From: Podospora anserina
Lineage: Eukaryota
Direction: 5' to 3'
DNA: 64,000 bases
Assembly: GCA_017654855.1 (NCBI GenBank)
Contig: CM030334.1
Span: 1,984,001-2,048,000 of the forward strand
Shown here: one piece after another, positions 24,419 through 37,084 of the stretch
Numbering within the stretch: position 1 is the first letter of the stretch
Layout of the letters: every line of letters starts with the position of its first letter
Notes under the pieces: model-generated
The model's database searches: none
Told to the model about the DNA's origin: nothing
What the model saw: only the letters and a program-made list of their open reading frames with translations
Position numbers and translations under genes: made by a program

Positions 24419-24502
24419 GGTTCTATAGTGTAGCGGTTAGCACTTCGGATTCTGAGTATCAGAGCCATTCCGGCAACCCCGGTTCGAGTCCGGGTAGGAC
24501 CT
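24419..24502 (+). tRNA. tRNA-Gln(CUG) with 12-nt intron
   Basis: GGTTCTA/TAGGACC acceptor stem, anticodon CTG at 24452-24454, GGTTCGAGTCC. Confidence 0.95.
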
Positions 24503-24775
24503 CAGCAGCAACATTTTCTTTTACCAATTATGCCTTAAACCCGTTAATAACGGTGGGCACTGATTCTTTTTCTCTCCTCCACAAGCCACAGAGAGAAAAC
24601 CGCAAATCCTCTCAGCCCTAAAAGCCGTTGGCTCCACCTCCTTTCGTTCAACCCCTGAGCCTTGCTTTTTAAGCTTCGCACACAAGGACCACCCACGAGA
24701 AGCTCAGATACATGCTTCAAAAGTAAAACTTCCGCCCAGCAGATCTCAACGTATACGGCTCAGGCGATGCATGTC

Positions 24776-24865
24776 GCCCGGCTAGCTCAATCGGTAGAGC
24801 GTGAGACTCTTAAGGAGTTCCTCCGTCAAATCTCAAGGTTGTGGGTTCGACCCCCACGTCGGGCT
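24776..24865 (+). tRNA. tRNA-Lys(CUU) with 17-nt intron
   Basis: GCCCGGC/GTCGGGC acceptor stem, TGAGA/TCTCA anticodon stem, CTT at 24809-24811. Confidence 0.95.
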
Positions 24866-26002
24866 CAATTCCCGGCATCGAATGTGCCATATTTTTGCTC
24901 ATTTCGTCTTTTTCTTTATTTGTACAGCATGTTTGGCAATTGGCAGTCAGATCTCTGGATCTACAGGAGAATGATACCCACATGGAGGTTGACAAGTGTT
25001 TCTCCACACCTTATTTGACTAGGATTGATATTGCTTGTTGCTGAGAGAGCAGGCCCGAGATTGTATCTATTGCATATGTCACACCTTGGAAACCCCCAAT
25101 ATATTTCCTGTTGCTGCGGACGTTTGTGGTGCCCGGTCTCGGTAAGCCGATATTTGGTCTGGTATGACTCGAGATAACTTAGGCTGTCTAGTATTCTTCA
25201 TGATGTATGCCAATCTGGGATCTCAGGGTCCAGGGGTCTTCTCAGGTAACATTGGAGGCTGGTGGAGGTTGCACTGCACCAGATATGTCTCGGCTGTTGG
25301 CAGTTTTGATCGTATACCGTGTATTGTGTTGTCCATTCGGTGAGATGTGGGCGTTTTCCCATTGGTGTCAGGTGTCACGGAGGCTTCTGTTATGAAACAT
25401 TGATGCTCAATATTTCGGGAGGGGCTTCGACCCTGGACTGTGAATGTCTTCTGGCACATGGAAAAAGAGAGATGGTTAGCCATATCCCCATGGGTGAATT
25501 GAACAATATATGTGTGACATTGAGAGATGTGCTAGTGCAATTGAGGTGCTAGGTGATTGATGGTTGAGTTGACCGTGACTGAATCCAAGTCATATATATA
25601 GATGAATTTTCATGATGAACTCTGCAGCATGAAGAATGCAAAGAAATGTGAGCTCTGTTAAGGGCTTTTATCACTGTGCTGGGATCAGTTTGGGCTTGCG
25701 TTCAGGGATGAAAACTTTGAGAGCTTCCGACAAATAAACATAAAAGTTAACCTGCGGGCCAGGCCGGTGGTGATTCACAATAGCCATAGGACTCATCAGT
25801 TGTTGAGAGATAGCCGTTTACGCCATCTGCTCGTGTTTTTTCCAGTTGAGCACACTCAGACGACCATGTTTCAGTTGCGCGTTCATTTAGTCACACCGAA
25901 AGGTTACCACAACCACATAAAAGTTAAGAAACTCCACAAAATTTGTTGACAGCTATCATGAAAAGCCTCAAATCCACTCATGATCTCAACCGGTAAACCC
26001 AA

Positions 26003-26074
26003 GCCCGCATGGCTCAGTGGTAGAGCGCATCACTAGTAATGATGAGGTCGTCAGTTCGATTCTGGCTGTGGGCA
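26003..26074 (+). tRNA. tRNA-Thr(AGU), intronless
   Basis: 72-nt cloverleaf, CATCA-CT-AGT-AA-TGATG anticodon arm, GTTCGATTC. Confidence 0.95.
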
Positions 26075-26692
26075 TTCAAATCTATCTTTTGCGGTTTCAT
26101 TTCGCTATTTTTGCCTCCCGTAGCATTGTTTCCCCATTTCCTTGCAAATCCCAATTCCCAAAACATCAGGCCACATTTTGTTTTCCCGCCCCAGTTGAGC
26201 GCTTGTCGCGGGGCGCACAGTTGACCCAAATCTGCGGGACCCCCCCCCGATTGATAAGTGTGGCTTGCCAAGGATCCACTAATTCTGGCCCGAATTGGCA
26301 TCGCTGGCGCGGGGAGCTTCGACCTCTCTGAATGTGGATATCCACCCACCTCATCTGCACCTCACAACCCAACCACAACTCCACAGTGGCTCCTTTTTTT
26401 TCTGGAGTGGTTTTTGGGGCTGGTCCTTTTTTGAATCTGTGCTGGTTCCATTTCGCTTTGGCAAAGAGCCAAATAAGAAGTCAGATGAGTGGCGCATCGA
26501 CGGGCACCACCAGGGACCACCGCAATAACTAAGCAGAGAGCGGCGCTAAAAACTGCAGGTGTTTGAACGTCTCTCCTCTCTTCCATTTTCATCACTCTCA
26601 TACGATCACCTCAGCTATCAACACCTCTTTCTTCAAAGTGCAGGAGATACCTCGTCATCATCAGCCAGAATACGATAAAAGAGAGCAGCAAA

Positions 26693-27703
26693 ATGTCGTC
26701 ACCAACATCCGGCAACAGCCCGGTGAGAAGCGGGATGGAGACCCCGCCTACGCCTCACCCCATCTCGGATGAGGTCCTGCGCGCCGTTTACGCGTCAGAT
26801 ATGGAAATGTACCCCGCGGGGCTGTCGTACGACAGACTCTGCAGCTGGGTGGCGGCCTGTCCCGAAATGTCGATATGCTGGTCATCACCCAAGACGGGAA
26901 TACTCGGCGTGGTTATTGTCTTGCCCATGTTGAGGGAATACTGGGAAGACTTGCTGGTGGGAAAACTGAAGGAGCCTACTGTCGACGCGCATACCATGTT
27001 TCCTCACGACAACAAGAGGGAGCAAAAACCACAGGCGGAACATGTTGAGGTGGCAGGGGCCAGGCAGATCGGCAACGGCAAGGCACCAAATGGAAGGATA
27101 TCTGCCGTGCAGGAGAACGAGGAGCAACAAGAGGTTGGACTGCATGTTTATCATATCGAGCGGTTAGCTGTCGAGCCACCTACTTCGAAGCAGAGGAGGT
27201 TTTCAGAGATTGCTATGGAGGAGGTTACGAGACGGGCGGCGGAGAAGAAGGGGTGGAAGGTTGTTGGGTTGTCTGGTATGTCTTGCTTTTACCCTCACCT
27301 CATATGGCGGATGGTAATACTGACGTAACAAACAGCTCTCGTCGCGACAGATGGTGGGAAAAGGACGTTTCAGCGCATGGGCTTCAAGAACACCGGCTAC
27401 AGAGAGCTGTTTGTCACCAAGGTAATACGCAGGCCTTCGTATGCCGCCATTGGCATCGGGAACAGTCCCAGCATCCCCGAGGACGCTGTTGACGAGCCCG
27501 AGGAGCTGGACATGCTCTACATCTACCCTGAAGATGGAGCGGGGGGCAAGAGCGTCAGTGAGATTATTGGATATGGCCGGACAGTGGTTGCCATGTCTGA
27601 GATGACTGTCAAGCGCGTCAGTCAGGAGGAAGGGGAGCTACCAAGTCTGTTAATGTCAAGTAATGGGAATGGCTGTGCATTGGAATTATCGAGCTCGATT
27701 TGA
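26693..27703 (+). CDS. Hypothetical protein, possibly GNAT-like fold
   Basis: Two exons joined by intron 27276-27335 (gtatgt..ctgac..cag), giving VVGLSALVATDGGKRTFQRMGF, which resembles a GNAT C-terminal motif. Confidence 0.75.
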
Positions 27704-28466
27704 GCAGTTGGATAATGAACAGCAATCAATGCACAGCCGGGGAGCAAATAAACGAAGCAACATCTCTACTCCACTTGCTTGTACCATTTCAATTCTGGTC
27801 TATCCAACCGGAGTCAGCTCCGTGGAGATACTGCTGATGACCCAGGAAGATCCAAGCTCGGGGACGTCTACTGTGCGGGGATAAGAGACATTGCTGTCTC
27901 GGTTCACGACTGCCGGTATCACTGCGTCTACGGCCCGTCTGCATACAACCCTGCGATCTGGTGTCTATGGCACCCTAAAGGGGGGGAAAATGCGGAGGTG
28001 GAAAGACAATGTTGATTGCTTTCAGCCCAAGCAGGGCGACATCGAGGGACTGCAGCGCGGGTATGTTGGACGGACAGAGCCGGAATCCAGACCTGATGAC
28101 GCGGCAACTGCCGTGGATCAATGGGCCAGCCATGGCCTCGAGGAAAGACTCCAGCTGGATAATGTTGCGATCGGTGGTTTCGATGTTGTGATCGAGAGAC
28201 AGGATCAACAATGTTGCTGCCCAGTTACACGAAACAGTCTCCCATTGGGCGTTTGTGTGAGTCGTTGTTGTCATGGATTGATGGGTTTGACGCTGGTCTA
28301 TCTATCGGAGGTCATGGAAGAAGAGTTGTCGAATGGGGGGGATGGTAGGGGCAGACTCAAGTATAAAGAGGCGGTCTCTTGCCCTCGAGAGAGGTCAAGC
28401 TTTTCATCAGCATCAACCAACCTCTCGAGCAAACAATAAACCATAAGAATCATCCCAACCATCAAA

Positions 28467-28912
28467 ATGAAGTTCACCGCCACCACCGCCCTTCTCACCC
28501 TCCTCACAACCGCCACCGCCCTCCCCTGGTCCTTCAAGAGTGCCGGCAATGGCAAGCACTCTGATGAGATCACGTACGTCTCCCTCCCCCTCACCCTCTA
28601 TCACCCTTTTCTGACATCGGGTAATAGCCTCCACCTCACCCTCGACAAAGGAACCACCACCGCCCACCACCGCCCCCCCAAGTCAAAGTCGGAAGAGATG
28701 AAGATCATCATGGGCATGTCCGATGTCTGCCTCCGCGTCTGCTGGCCCGAATCGCCCAAGTGCCCAGAGGAATGGGTAAGCATCATTCATCATCGGAAGC
28801 AAGCGCATGGAGTAATTGCTGATGGCCTGTGTCATTTTAGTCACCCAAGAACATGGGCAGCGACGAGGATCCGTGCTGGACTTGCTGCAGGAAGATGGAG
28901 CATGATCTTTGA
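28467..28912 (+). CDS. Small secreted Cys-rich protein (108 aa)
   Basis: Signal peptide MKFTATTALLTLLTTATA; introns 28574-28627 and 28776-28840; C-terminus CLRVCWPESPKCPEEWSPKNMGSDEDPCWTCCRK; TATAAA about 105 nt upstream. Confidence 0.85.
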
Positions 28913-29515
28913 GCACGAGACATTTCTCAGTGGCAAGGGGGTCGCTGGGTTTTGGGGTATTTGGTAGCTGTTGAAGGGACATGTCGGAAGTTGGATTACA
29001 TACACTCCTTTGGTGAAGATAGCTTACCTTTCCTAGGGCTTCATGTTAACGAAGGTTGAACGGTTAATGCCTGGGATGACAGATAAGAAAAAGGTGACTA
29101 GAAAATAGATACACTGTTTCTGCAACTTTGGTGGCATCTTGAGGTGAAATCTTGGATATGCATGGCATGTTCATGACCCTCGGCTCTGCTTCCGTTCGAT
29201 AGCTAACAGTAGGCAGGTTAACCACATCGGTGGAGAGTTGATATCAAATACGAGGCATTAAAGGATCACGGCTAGGCATCTCGACTATCTCAACATATTA
29301 TCCACTATATTTCAATGGCCCTTTTTACATAGCAGTTGTGATTTGTTTGTTGCTGACAGGATACGCGTTGGACGCGCTAGGTAAACTCGACAACTCCCAC
29401 CACAGGTAAGCTCTGAAGATAGTCATCAGAGACAAGAAAAAAGAGAAAATGGGTAACGATAAACTGTTGTAGTGAGAAAGAAAGCAGCAGGCACAGTTAA
29501 AAATGACAAAAGAGA

Positions 29516-29610
29516 TGCCCAATAACAGGATTGAACTGTTGACCTTCGCATTACCATATGCTGGTTTCCCAGTATTAGTACGACGCTCTAACCAGCTGAG
29601 CTAATCGGGC
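29516..29610 (-). tRNA. tRNA-Ile(AAU) with 21-nt intron
   Basis: Reverse complement GCCCGATTAGCTCAGCTGGTTAGAGCGTCGTACT-AAT-A[intron]ATGCGAAGGTCAACAGTTCAATCCTGTTATTGGGCA. Confidence 0.93.
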
Positions 29611-30077
29611 TGAGTGGAGATTGATGGTTTTCTACAGGGATGTAGCTCTCATTAACAAGTTGGGCCTTTTTCCTGGAGGGTCTCGAATGCAAGTTGGACA
29701 CTAGGAACAGTCCTGCGTATGCTGTCTATTCATACAAATTACAACTCCCTTCTGGAAAACGAAACATTAGTGTAGTTTGGGGAGGTTCGGGGTTGTGATA
29801 TACTCCAACATTAGTATATGGCGTTGCGGTGTTCAGACTTCAGGGGCTCAGTAAACAGGTCCATGGGCATACAAATACTTTCGACAGATCTCATGCAGGT
29901 CGTACTATGAAAGGAGCTTGGTTGTCTATTTGCGTTTTGTGTGAGGTAGTCTATACAAATCACGGTAAACTCCCGGCCGGTTGTACATGAAAAAGTATCA
30001 GCTGCTGTTTCCTTTTGGAAGGATTCTTCAGCGCGCCTCCTCGTGTGGTTCACCCGGATTGATGGTGAATATCCTAT

Positions 30078-31772
30078 CTACGCTGTTCGCCCCTCTGCAT
30101 CCCTCCTCAAAATCTCATTCAACCCCTCCCTTTTCACACAGTTCTCCAACTTGAAACTCCCCGCCAGCTCATCTAGCTCCTCCAACGTCTTGCCCTCAAA
30201 GTAACTCGCATACTCCCAGCACAAAATCTCACTCATGAGAGTCTCCCTCAACACTCGGTGAATATGCCCTTCTATCTTCCAGACTTGTGGGTATCTCTTG
30301 TTGATATGCTCGGGAAGAATTGCCTCCTTGAAGTGAGCGATGACGGGCTCGTAGATGTGCTTTACGGCAGAGTCGTCGCGGCCCCTATTCCGGAAGTGTT
30401 AGAAGAGAAGTGTCAGAGTATCATGTGAGGCTTACCATTTATCAACACCCAAACGCTTCTTCTTCTCCAGAAAAGGCTTCAGCAGCTTGATGTAAGCCGA
30501 GTCTGGCGAAGCGTGGACCATGCCTTGAAATCCAATGTCTTTGTACAGCCAAATGCTCCAGCTGATCTCATCTTTCTTGTAGATTTTCAGCTGCTGGCCT
30601 AGCAGGTCGTAACGTTGCTGATTGACTTTCTCATAGTTCTCGTCTCCCGGGCTCGCATAGACGGGACCAAACTCGCCGTTCCAAATCTGGCATCGTTAGC
30701 ACCAAGTCAAAGTCGAACACCTATGCCATGGAAGCCAGACCCACCGGGACACCTTTCTCTTTCATGAACTGCACCTTCCTCCCGTATGTCTTCTGCAGGG
30801 ACTCCTTCTGCTCGGGGCTTCCAACATAGGGCTCGCCTGCTGGGAAGCCAAAGCTGGCGTAGTCGTGTATGGCGTACACGCAGTTGGGGAGGACTTCCTT
30901 GAACCCGGTGAAATCCATGGCGTAGGTGTTGCCGTCCAGAAACAGGATGTGATCTGGGTCAACCTCGCGAATAGCCTTTTCGGCTCGCTTGTACCAGGCT
31001 TGAAGTGCAGTGTGGTCAGGGTCGGCGGGTTCGTTCATGGGGTTGTAGCCAGCGACCTGTTCAGTTGAACGTCAGCAGGGAAGCCAACTGGCAAAGGGGG
31101 CTTCACTAACCCAGGTGTTATTTTTGTAATGCTTCGCAATCTCGACCCAGAGATCCGTCATGCTGTCCTGGAAGACTTTGAAGTCCCAAAACAAAGCTTT
31201 GTGAATACCCGCATCAGAGTGCCAGCCTTGATTTTGGCCTCCAGGGAAGGTGTGCATGTCGATGATGGTATATAAGCCCTCCGCTGCACAGGCGTCGACA
31301 ATGCGATCAATGAGCTTGAAGCCTTCCTGCTTGATGATGCCCGGGTTGTGGTCGTCAAGGAAGTGGTGGTAGTTGATGGGGATGCGGATGCAGTTTAGAC
31401 CAAGGGAGGCAAGAAAGCGGGCATCGGAGGGAGTGAAGAAGTATTCGAGGAACTTCACGGGTGTTAGACCATGATCAGTAGTGGAAGAAGGGGCAACAGA
31501 GCAGACCTTGTCGAAGAAGAAGTCATATTTCTCCTGACCGAGAACCTCGAGCATTGCCTTCCTCATCTCATTCTCATGACCAGGGTAGCCAGTGATGAAG
31601 TTCTCCATGTTGGTGTGACCGCCAGTGGCACACTGTTAATAGTCAGTGGTATTTCCCAGCATACTCTAGAATAATTGACACTGACACCTTTGAGAATTAC
31701 CTGCTTTCCATCAGCATCAACGATGTCAGTCCCCTCCACACGGAGGCATCTCATTGGTGTTTTTGGCGCCAT
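30078..31772 (-). CDS. Glycoside hydrolase family 5 (intracellular, GH5_22-like), multi-exon
   Basis: GGHTNMENFITGYPGHE, GLNCIRIPINYHHF, IIDMHTFPGGQNQGWHSD, acid/base YNPMNEP, nucleophile IWNGEFGPVY; no signal peptide. Confidence 0.92.
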
Positions 31773-32699
31773 CTTTCCTTCAGTGCCCAAAGAGCAATGT
31801 GTGAAGGGGGATGGAATCGAGACAACAGTTGAACGGTCATGACAACGTTGATGTACTCGCATGGCATGGCTGACCATTGGAGCGCATGCACCTGTTCGTC
31901 ATGTGGGCACCGCCGGAGGGGTTCGGGCATCAATACACCGCGCCCCGGATGCCCCACACCGATCCCGGATGTCGAACTCCGGACTGTATCCACAGAAAGA
32001 AGGACTAAATAGTTTAACCGGAGGGCAAACCCAGTAGACTGCATTGGATGTGATGTTTGCGATCTCAAAGAGCTTGGTTCGCAGAGGAGGTCTTGGTAAT
32101 TGGTGGCTTCTTCTTCCTTTCACGACCGTCGACGTTAGTGCAAGTGCAACTGTCCTGGGTAAACGGGGCGCGGCCGAAGCATACTCATTAAGTGTCGGTC
32201 GCAGTTTGCTCAAGATATGCTTGACATCCTCGTTCTGGTAAATTGTACAATGAAGAGCCTGAAGATAGATTCATGATCCCATTTCTGTTTCGTGAATTAG
32301 GTGCTGCAATTGGTCGAGAAGACGTCGTTGAGAGAGGGTGGGTTAAGAAGGAAGAAGAGCCGCCATGTGACTAGAAGCGGACATGGTGCCTTTTAGTTGT
32401 ATACCTAGGTAGAGATAGGTACCATTTTGCCAGTGGTTGGCACAATGAACAGGAGCTGCCAACTGACGCTTCTATCAATCTAGAGTGGATCAAACTTGCT
32501 AAGTGGGGTGCCTCCAAATCCCGTTTATTACTTGTCAGACCTACAGAATCGGCTTACAACAAGATGTGGGACATCTCACATGGGGTTGTCAATGTCCATA
32601 TCCCAAATCTCGTTGCGAGTCGGTTCTGTAGGCCCAACAACTAGGTAGGGTACGGAAACAAGATGAAGAAGCTGAAGAATGATTTGTATACTTCCCCAA

Positions 32700-33734
32700 T
32701 TATTCCCGATGGTGTTTTCTCTTCCACGCCTCAACGGCGTCAACTACAATCTGCGCCACAGATAGCACTCTTTCCTCACCCAGTCGGCGTCCAAACAGCT
32801 GAATGGCAGCCGGGATGCCATCGAAGAGTTCGGGATCGTCTGTCTGACTGTCAGCGTACTGTCCATTCGTTTGATGATTGTTATATTTACATGAAGCCAT
32901 GTTTCGCCGATCCTTGTCGGTAAGGGGTTGGAAGTTTGGGTCCAGGGTGTCCAGGTTCTTATCCGCAACTGTAATCGGTATCACGGCGATGCAAAAGTTG
33001 AGCACGTTGAGAGCGCTTGTGTACGCCGAATGAATGAACTTTCCAGGTGGAATGGCGCTATGTGGACTGGCCGGAGCAATGACAACGTCAACAGGCCGAC
33101 CTGATGAGGTTAGCATGTTCTGGAAGTGCCAGGTGTCTCACGCGGAAATCATTACCAGAACTTGTTTTGCCTGCGGAAGACTGCCAGTAATCGTTGTATT
33201 TCCAGCGGTAGTCCTTCATTTTGAGCACCACCTGCTCATACTCTGGGAGTGGAATAGGAGGTCTGCGCTTGCCGCCGGGGAACACGTTCACGATTTCGGG
33301 GAAGATAGGCTCCCCGGACTGTTGAATTGCTTCCCAAACGTCAGGACAGCCGTCACTCCGTGCAATCGGACCCTAGGAAAGTGTTTGGTCAACTCCCTTC
33401 GACATAATGAAGCAAGTTACTCGCATGTATCCTCAGAAGTGTAATTGTTCGAAGGAAGCACCTAGTCCAGGAGCTCCGACGCGCACGCAAATGTCAGTAC
33501 TTAAAAGTAACTCTAGAGCAGATTTCAGCATACCTCAAAATCTGCATTCGTCAAAGCCTGTTTCACGATCTCCAGGGCCCGGGCAACTGGTGGATGCGGA
33601 ACTGCGATGCCGTCATTTGGCATGAACCCAAAAGTTGGTTTACAGTCCGATTCGTCGTCGTTTTCGTACTCATTGCCCGCTCGCCATGGAATAGGGTGTG
33701 TGTATGGATCACGGGTCCAAGGCTCTGTTGACAA
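32700..33734 (-). pseudogene. 5'-truncated amidase (acetamidase-like) remnant
   Basis: C-terminal half motifs EPWTRDP..PIPWR, PHPPVARAL, YTSALNVL, DPELFDGIPAAIQLFGRRLGEERVL. No GGSSGG amidase-signature region recognisable upstream. Confidence 0.75.
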
Positions 33735-34353
33735 GAGAGATATGAATTGGAAAGGAAACAGAGTTACATGCAGTATGCATAAGAGCGGGCCTTATTGTTC
33801 GTGTTCACTTGGAATCGAGCATCTGTCACCGAGAATAAACAGCACGCGCCGCTCGCTAAACTTGTGATCGTTATTGGGTGAGCTAAAGCGATGAAAGTCT
33901 AGGTCTGCGTAATGACCAAAACCTCTCTCGTAGCAATCAAAATGGGGTGCAGATTCTCTACTCTGCCGGTGTAAGGAAAGATTTCCACATTAAGACACCA
34001 TTGAGATTCAATGTGGCGGATCGACGGACCTTGTAATCTAGCCTCATATTAATCTGGGTAAGTGATTCCCCGATCATATAATGAAAATGGTTGTGCATTG
34101 TTCACTGCAATCTTCGAAATTCGCGAAGGCGAGGCAGATTCACACCAAGTGATGGAACACAGGGCAAGTCAAGGATACAATGCGTAAATATGACTCTGAA
34201 ATCAGAGGAGAACAAAAAATTATGCTTTAATTTAATGTACAAGCCAAACTGCTGATCAGCGAGGACGTATCGTCTACTAGTTCTTGCCCCCTATTCAACC
34301 CCTGAGATCGCCCCACTTGTTCACACGGCAACGAGACGACCCCTGTTCGACAC

Positions 34354-36856
34354 TCAACGATGTGCTTCGATAGAGAACATCCACCACACTAGAGGGCAAT
34401 TGAAATGTACGATACTTGTTTGCCGATGGAGTAGATGTTGATGATTGGCCTCTGAGGTATTAGATCCAAAAGTGAGCAGGGTGAGGTGGTTAGTGAAAGC
34501 AAGAATAAATGGTGCACAATATTCAACCAGAAAGAAGTCCTCCACTGTCTCAATTTCCAAAGTCTCGCCATGCATCATCCCGTGACAATAAACCTCTCCT
34601 AGGTATTCGTATGTCTGCTTTGGCACACCATCATCACCCGTGTAATTGCTAACAGCCGTAGGTCTGAGCATGTACAGGACCGAGGTATCATGAAATGCCA
34701 CTATGACATCTCCTGGCTGAGCTGCGACCGGTCCCATCCCCACATCTCGTTAATCCTCTGTCAGGAACGGGCTTTTATGGTCCATCTGTTCTAGTCGATC
34801 TATGCAAGGAAAGGGTCTACTAGCTGCGCTCTGACTTCCTCCTTCCGCATTCCCGCGCGCACTAGATCCGAGATGCCATTTTTTACGAATTCGCCTTTTT
34901 GCAGATGAGACAAAATCCTGGAAAGCGCTGGATGGACTAACAGTTTACCGCCGGCTTCAACTTCACACATGGCCTTCTCCAGGTATGCAAGCTCCAAAAT
35001 CAGTTTGAGACGTGTCTGGTCCTCGGTCTGGGCCCGGGGGCTCTGTCGATATTTTACAGTGACGGTGTCTCCGAGCATAATCCGTAAAGAAGCGTCGCGG
35101 TCTTCGCACAAATACAGCTGGCAGAGTTGCCCCACTTCAATATAGTAGTCGAGATAGTGCTCCTGGCTCGATTGCCCCGAAGTACCATGGCTTGCCTACA
35201 CGTCCAACCTGGCCAATTCGGATGCCTTGCAGGTCTAGAACTCTTTCGTTGTTCGACTTGATCAATTGTGTCGTTGCTTCTTTGCCTGTTGGGCTATAAA
35301 CCCAGAATCTGGGGTGGTCATTGGTTGCTAAAGCGATGGTAGTGCGGTAGTGTGAGAAACCCGGGACCCAAGACGGCAGCCTTTTTGCCACCTCGTCTCC
35401 GACTCGGCCAACCATTCGTTTAGGAAATTGGGCCATTTCAAGTATAATTCCAAGATGTTCCATTTTCTCAATGATAGTGCGTGCGACTTGGGTGTAAAGG
35501 ATATCGGCGGTCATACTTTCTGAGTAATCCGGAGCAATGGCATCTGGCGCGTCGGGAGCAAGAAGTCCGAACAATCCGTGGACTCTATCTCGAGGATCGC
35601 TTGATGTTATGTACGGCCAACTGTCAGCGTAAACCAACCAACCAGAATAAGCCCCATAAATTCTGGAAACCCGGAACATCCTTGCTCATGGCCTGTCCTC
35701 TTGGTTGAGGGGTAGGAGGATGTCCTCGCCAATACGAGTACCTTAATCCGATGAAAACAACAAGGGGTTTCTGTGCAGCGAGACTGGGAAGTTCGCAGTG
35801 TTCCATCACCTTCGATGAGCTGGTGATAGACATTCCACTCTCTATCATTGCAGCTTGCCGACGACAGCCAGCAACCACGCACCCAAGCTGCCTTCTCAAC
35901 CTTTCCGCCATCCATAACCCCATTGAACAAGACTTGGCCTCAATCTTGTGGTCACCTGAAAGAAATAATGCTTCCCTCGCCAACACGAACTCCTGGAGTA
36001 CCCAAATTCGACTGAACCATGGCTGGCTCTACCAAATGACAATATTCTTCTGTAATGCCATACCATCCTCCCAGTTCTGACCGAACAAAGCCCGAGCAGC
36101 TCTCGCAGCAAGAACCAAGACCCTTTCAGCTCCCTCCAGTTCCTCTTGGGTCTGTTTCTCGCGGAGATCGGTGTCAGGGTACAACATCACCATGGTCTCG
36201 AGAAACCTGAGCCACTCCTCCGCCGTGGGTTCCAAGCCATCACCGACTAAACCCCCGAATCTCTCCATTCCCCAGCTTTCTTCAGCTTCTGTATGAACTT
36301 GGCTTGCTCAGACCTGTCCTCGGATATTTCAGAGGGGAAAGGGCCAAGCCAGATCAGCACTTTGTCAGCCTTGGTATATATCTTCCCCATCATCGGCACT
36401 TGCTCATTCTTCTCCACCGTGTCCTGCTGTTGATATAGATCTGGTTGACCCAGAGGAGCAATGGCTCTGGTGATGACTCCCACTTGGTTATTTGCACCAA
36501 CCCGCTCATAAGTGACGGGGTGATGTAGATCGCTGACAAGGGCGAATCAGGTACCAAGCCCCGAATCGTCCTCATCGTGCTGGTCAATGTAAAGGGGCTC
36601 GGTCGCGTCGCTGGTGCCCCAGGCATAGGACAAGACTGCAAATGGCGACAGTGCATCTATCGATGCCACTGACATGTTGCATTTGATTTGGGAGTTGGTG
36701 GACGCAAGATGTACCCTGGCCGAATGCAACGGCTGGGTATAGCTTGATCAGTCGGATGTGAGTGGATGCGTTTGGGAGTGGGATGTGGGTATAAGGATGG
36801 ATCATCGCCTCCTCATGAATATGAGATTGTAGGTTGGCATCGTGAGTTGGCTCCAT
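34354..36856 (-). pseudogene. HET-domain (HET-6-like) gene, decayed
   Basis: IRLIKL, LSYAWG, LWVNQIYIN/QQD..EKN.QV.MMG.IY.KA..V.IWLG, PWFSRIWVLQE after a TAG at 36029, SDPRDRVHGL.GL, LPSWVP, C-terminal GDVIVAF...LRP...LGEVYCHGMMHGE; many stops and frameshifts. Confidence 0.9.
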
Positions 36857-37084
36857 TGTGGGATGTCAGGGACTGTCATCGTGGCTTGGCCTGACGAGAT
36901 GAAACTATCAGTGCGGAGCTTGGGGCTGGTCCAAGTTCTATCGACAAGTGTTGTCAGTCCGATCCGAACCACCGAGAAAGGGTGACCAATGAGCAACGTC
37001 GATAACAGCCTAGATTTCTTCCCTCGCCCCGCATTGGCTCGCTGCGCCTCACACCGCAAACCTTCACCTTTGACCTCAACAGCT

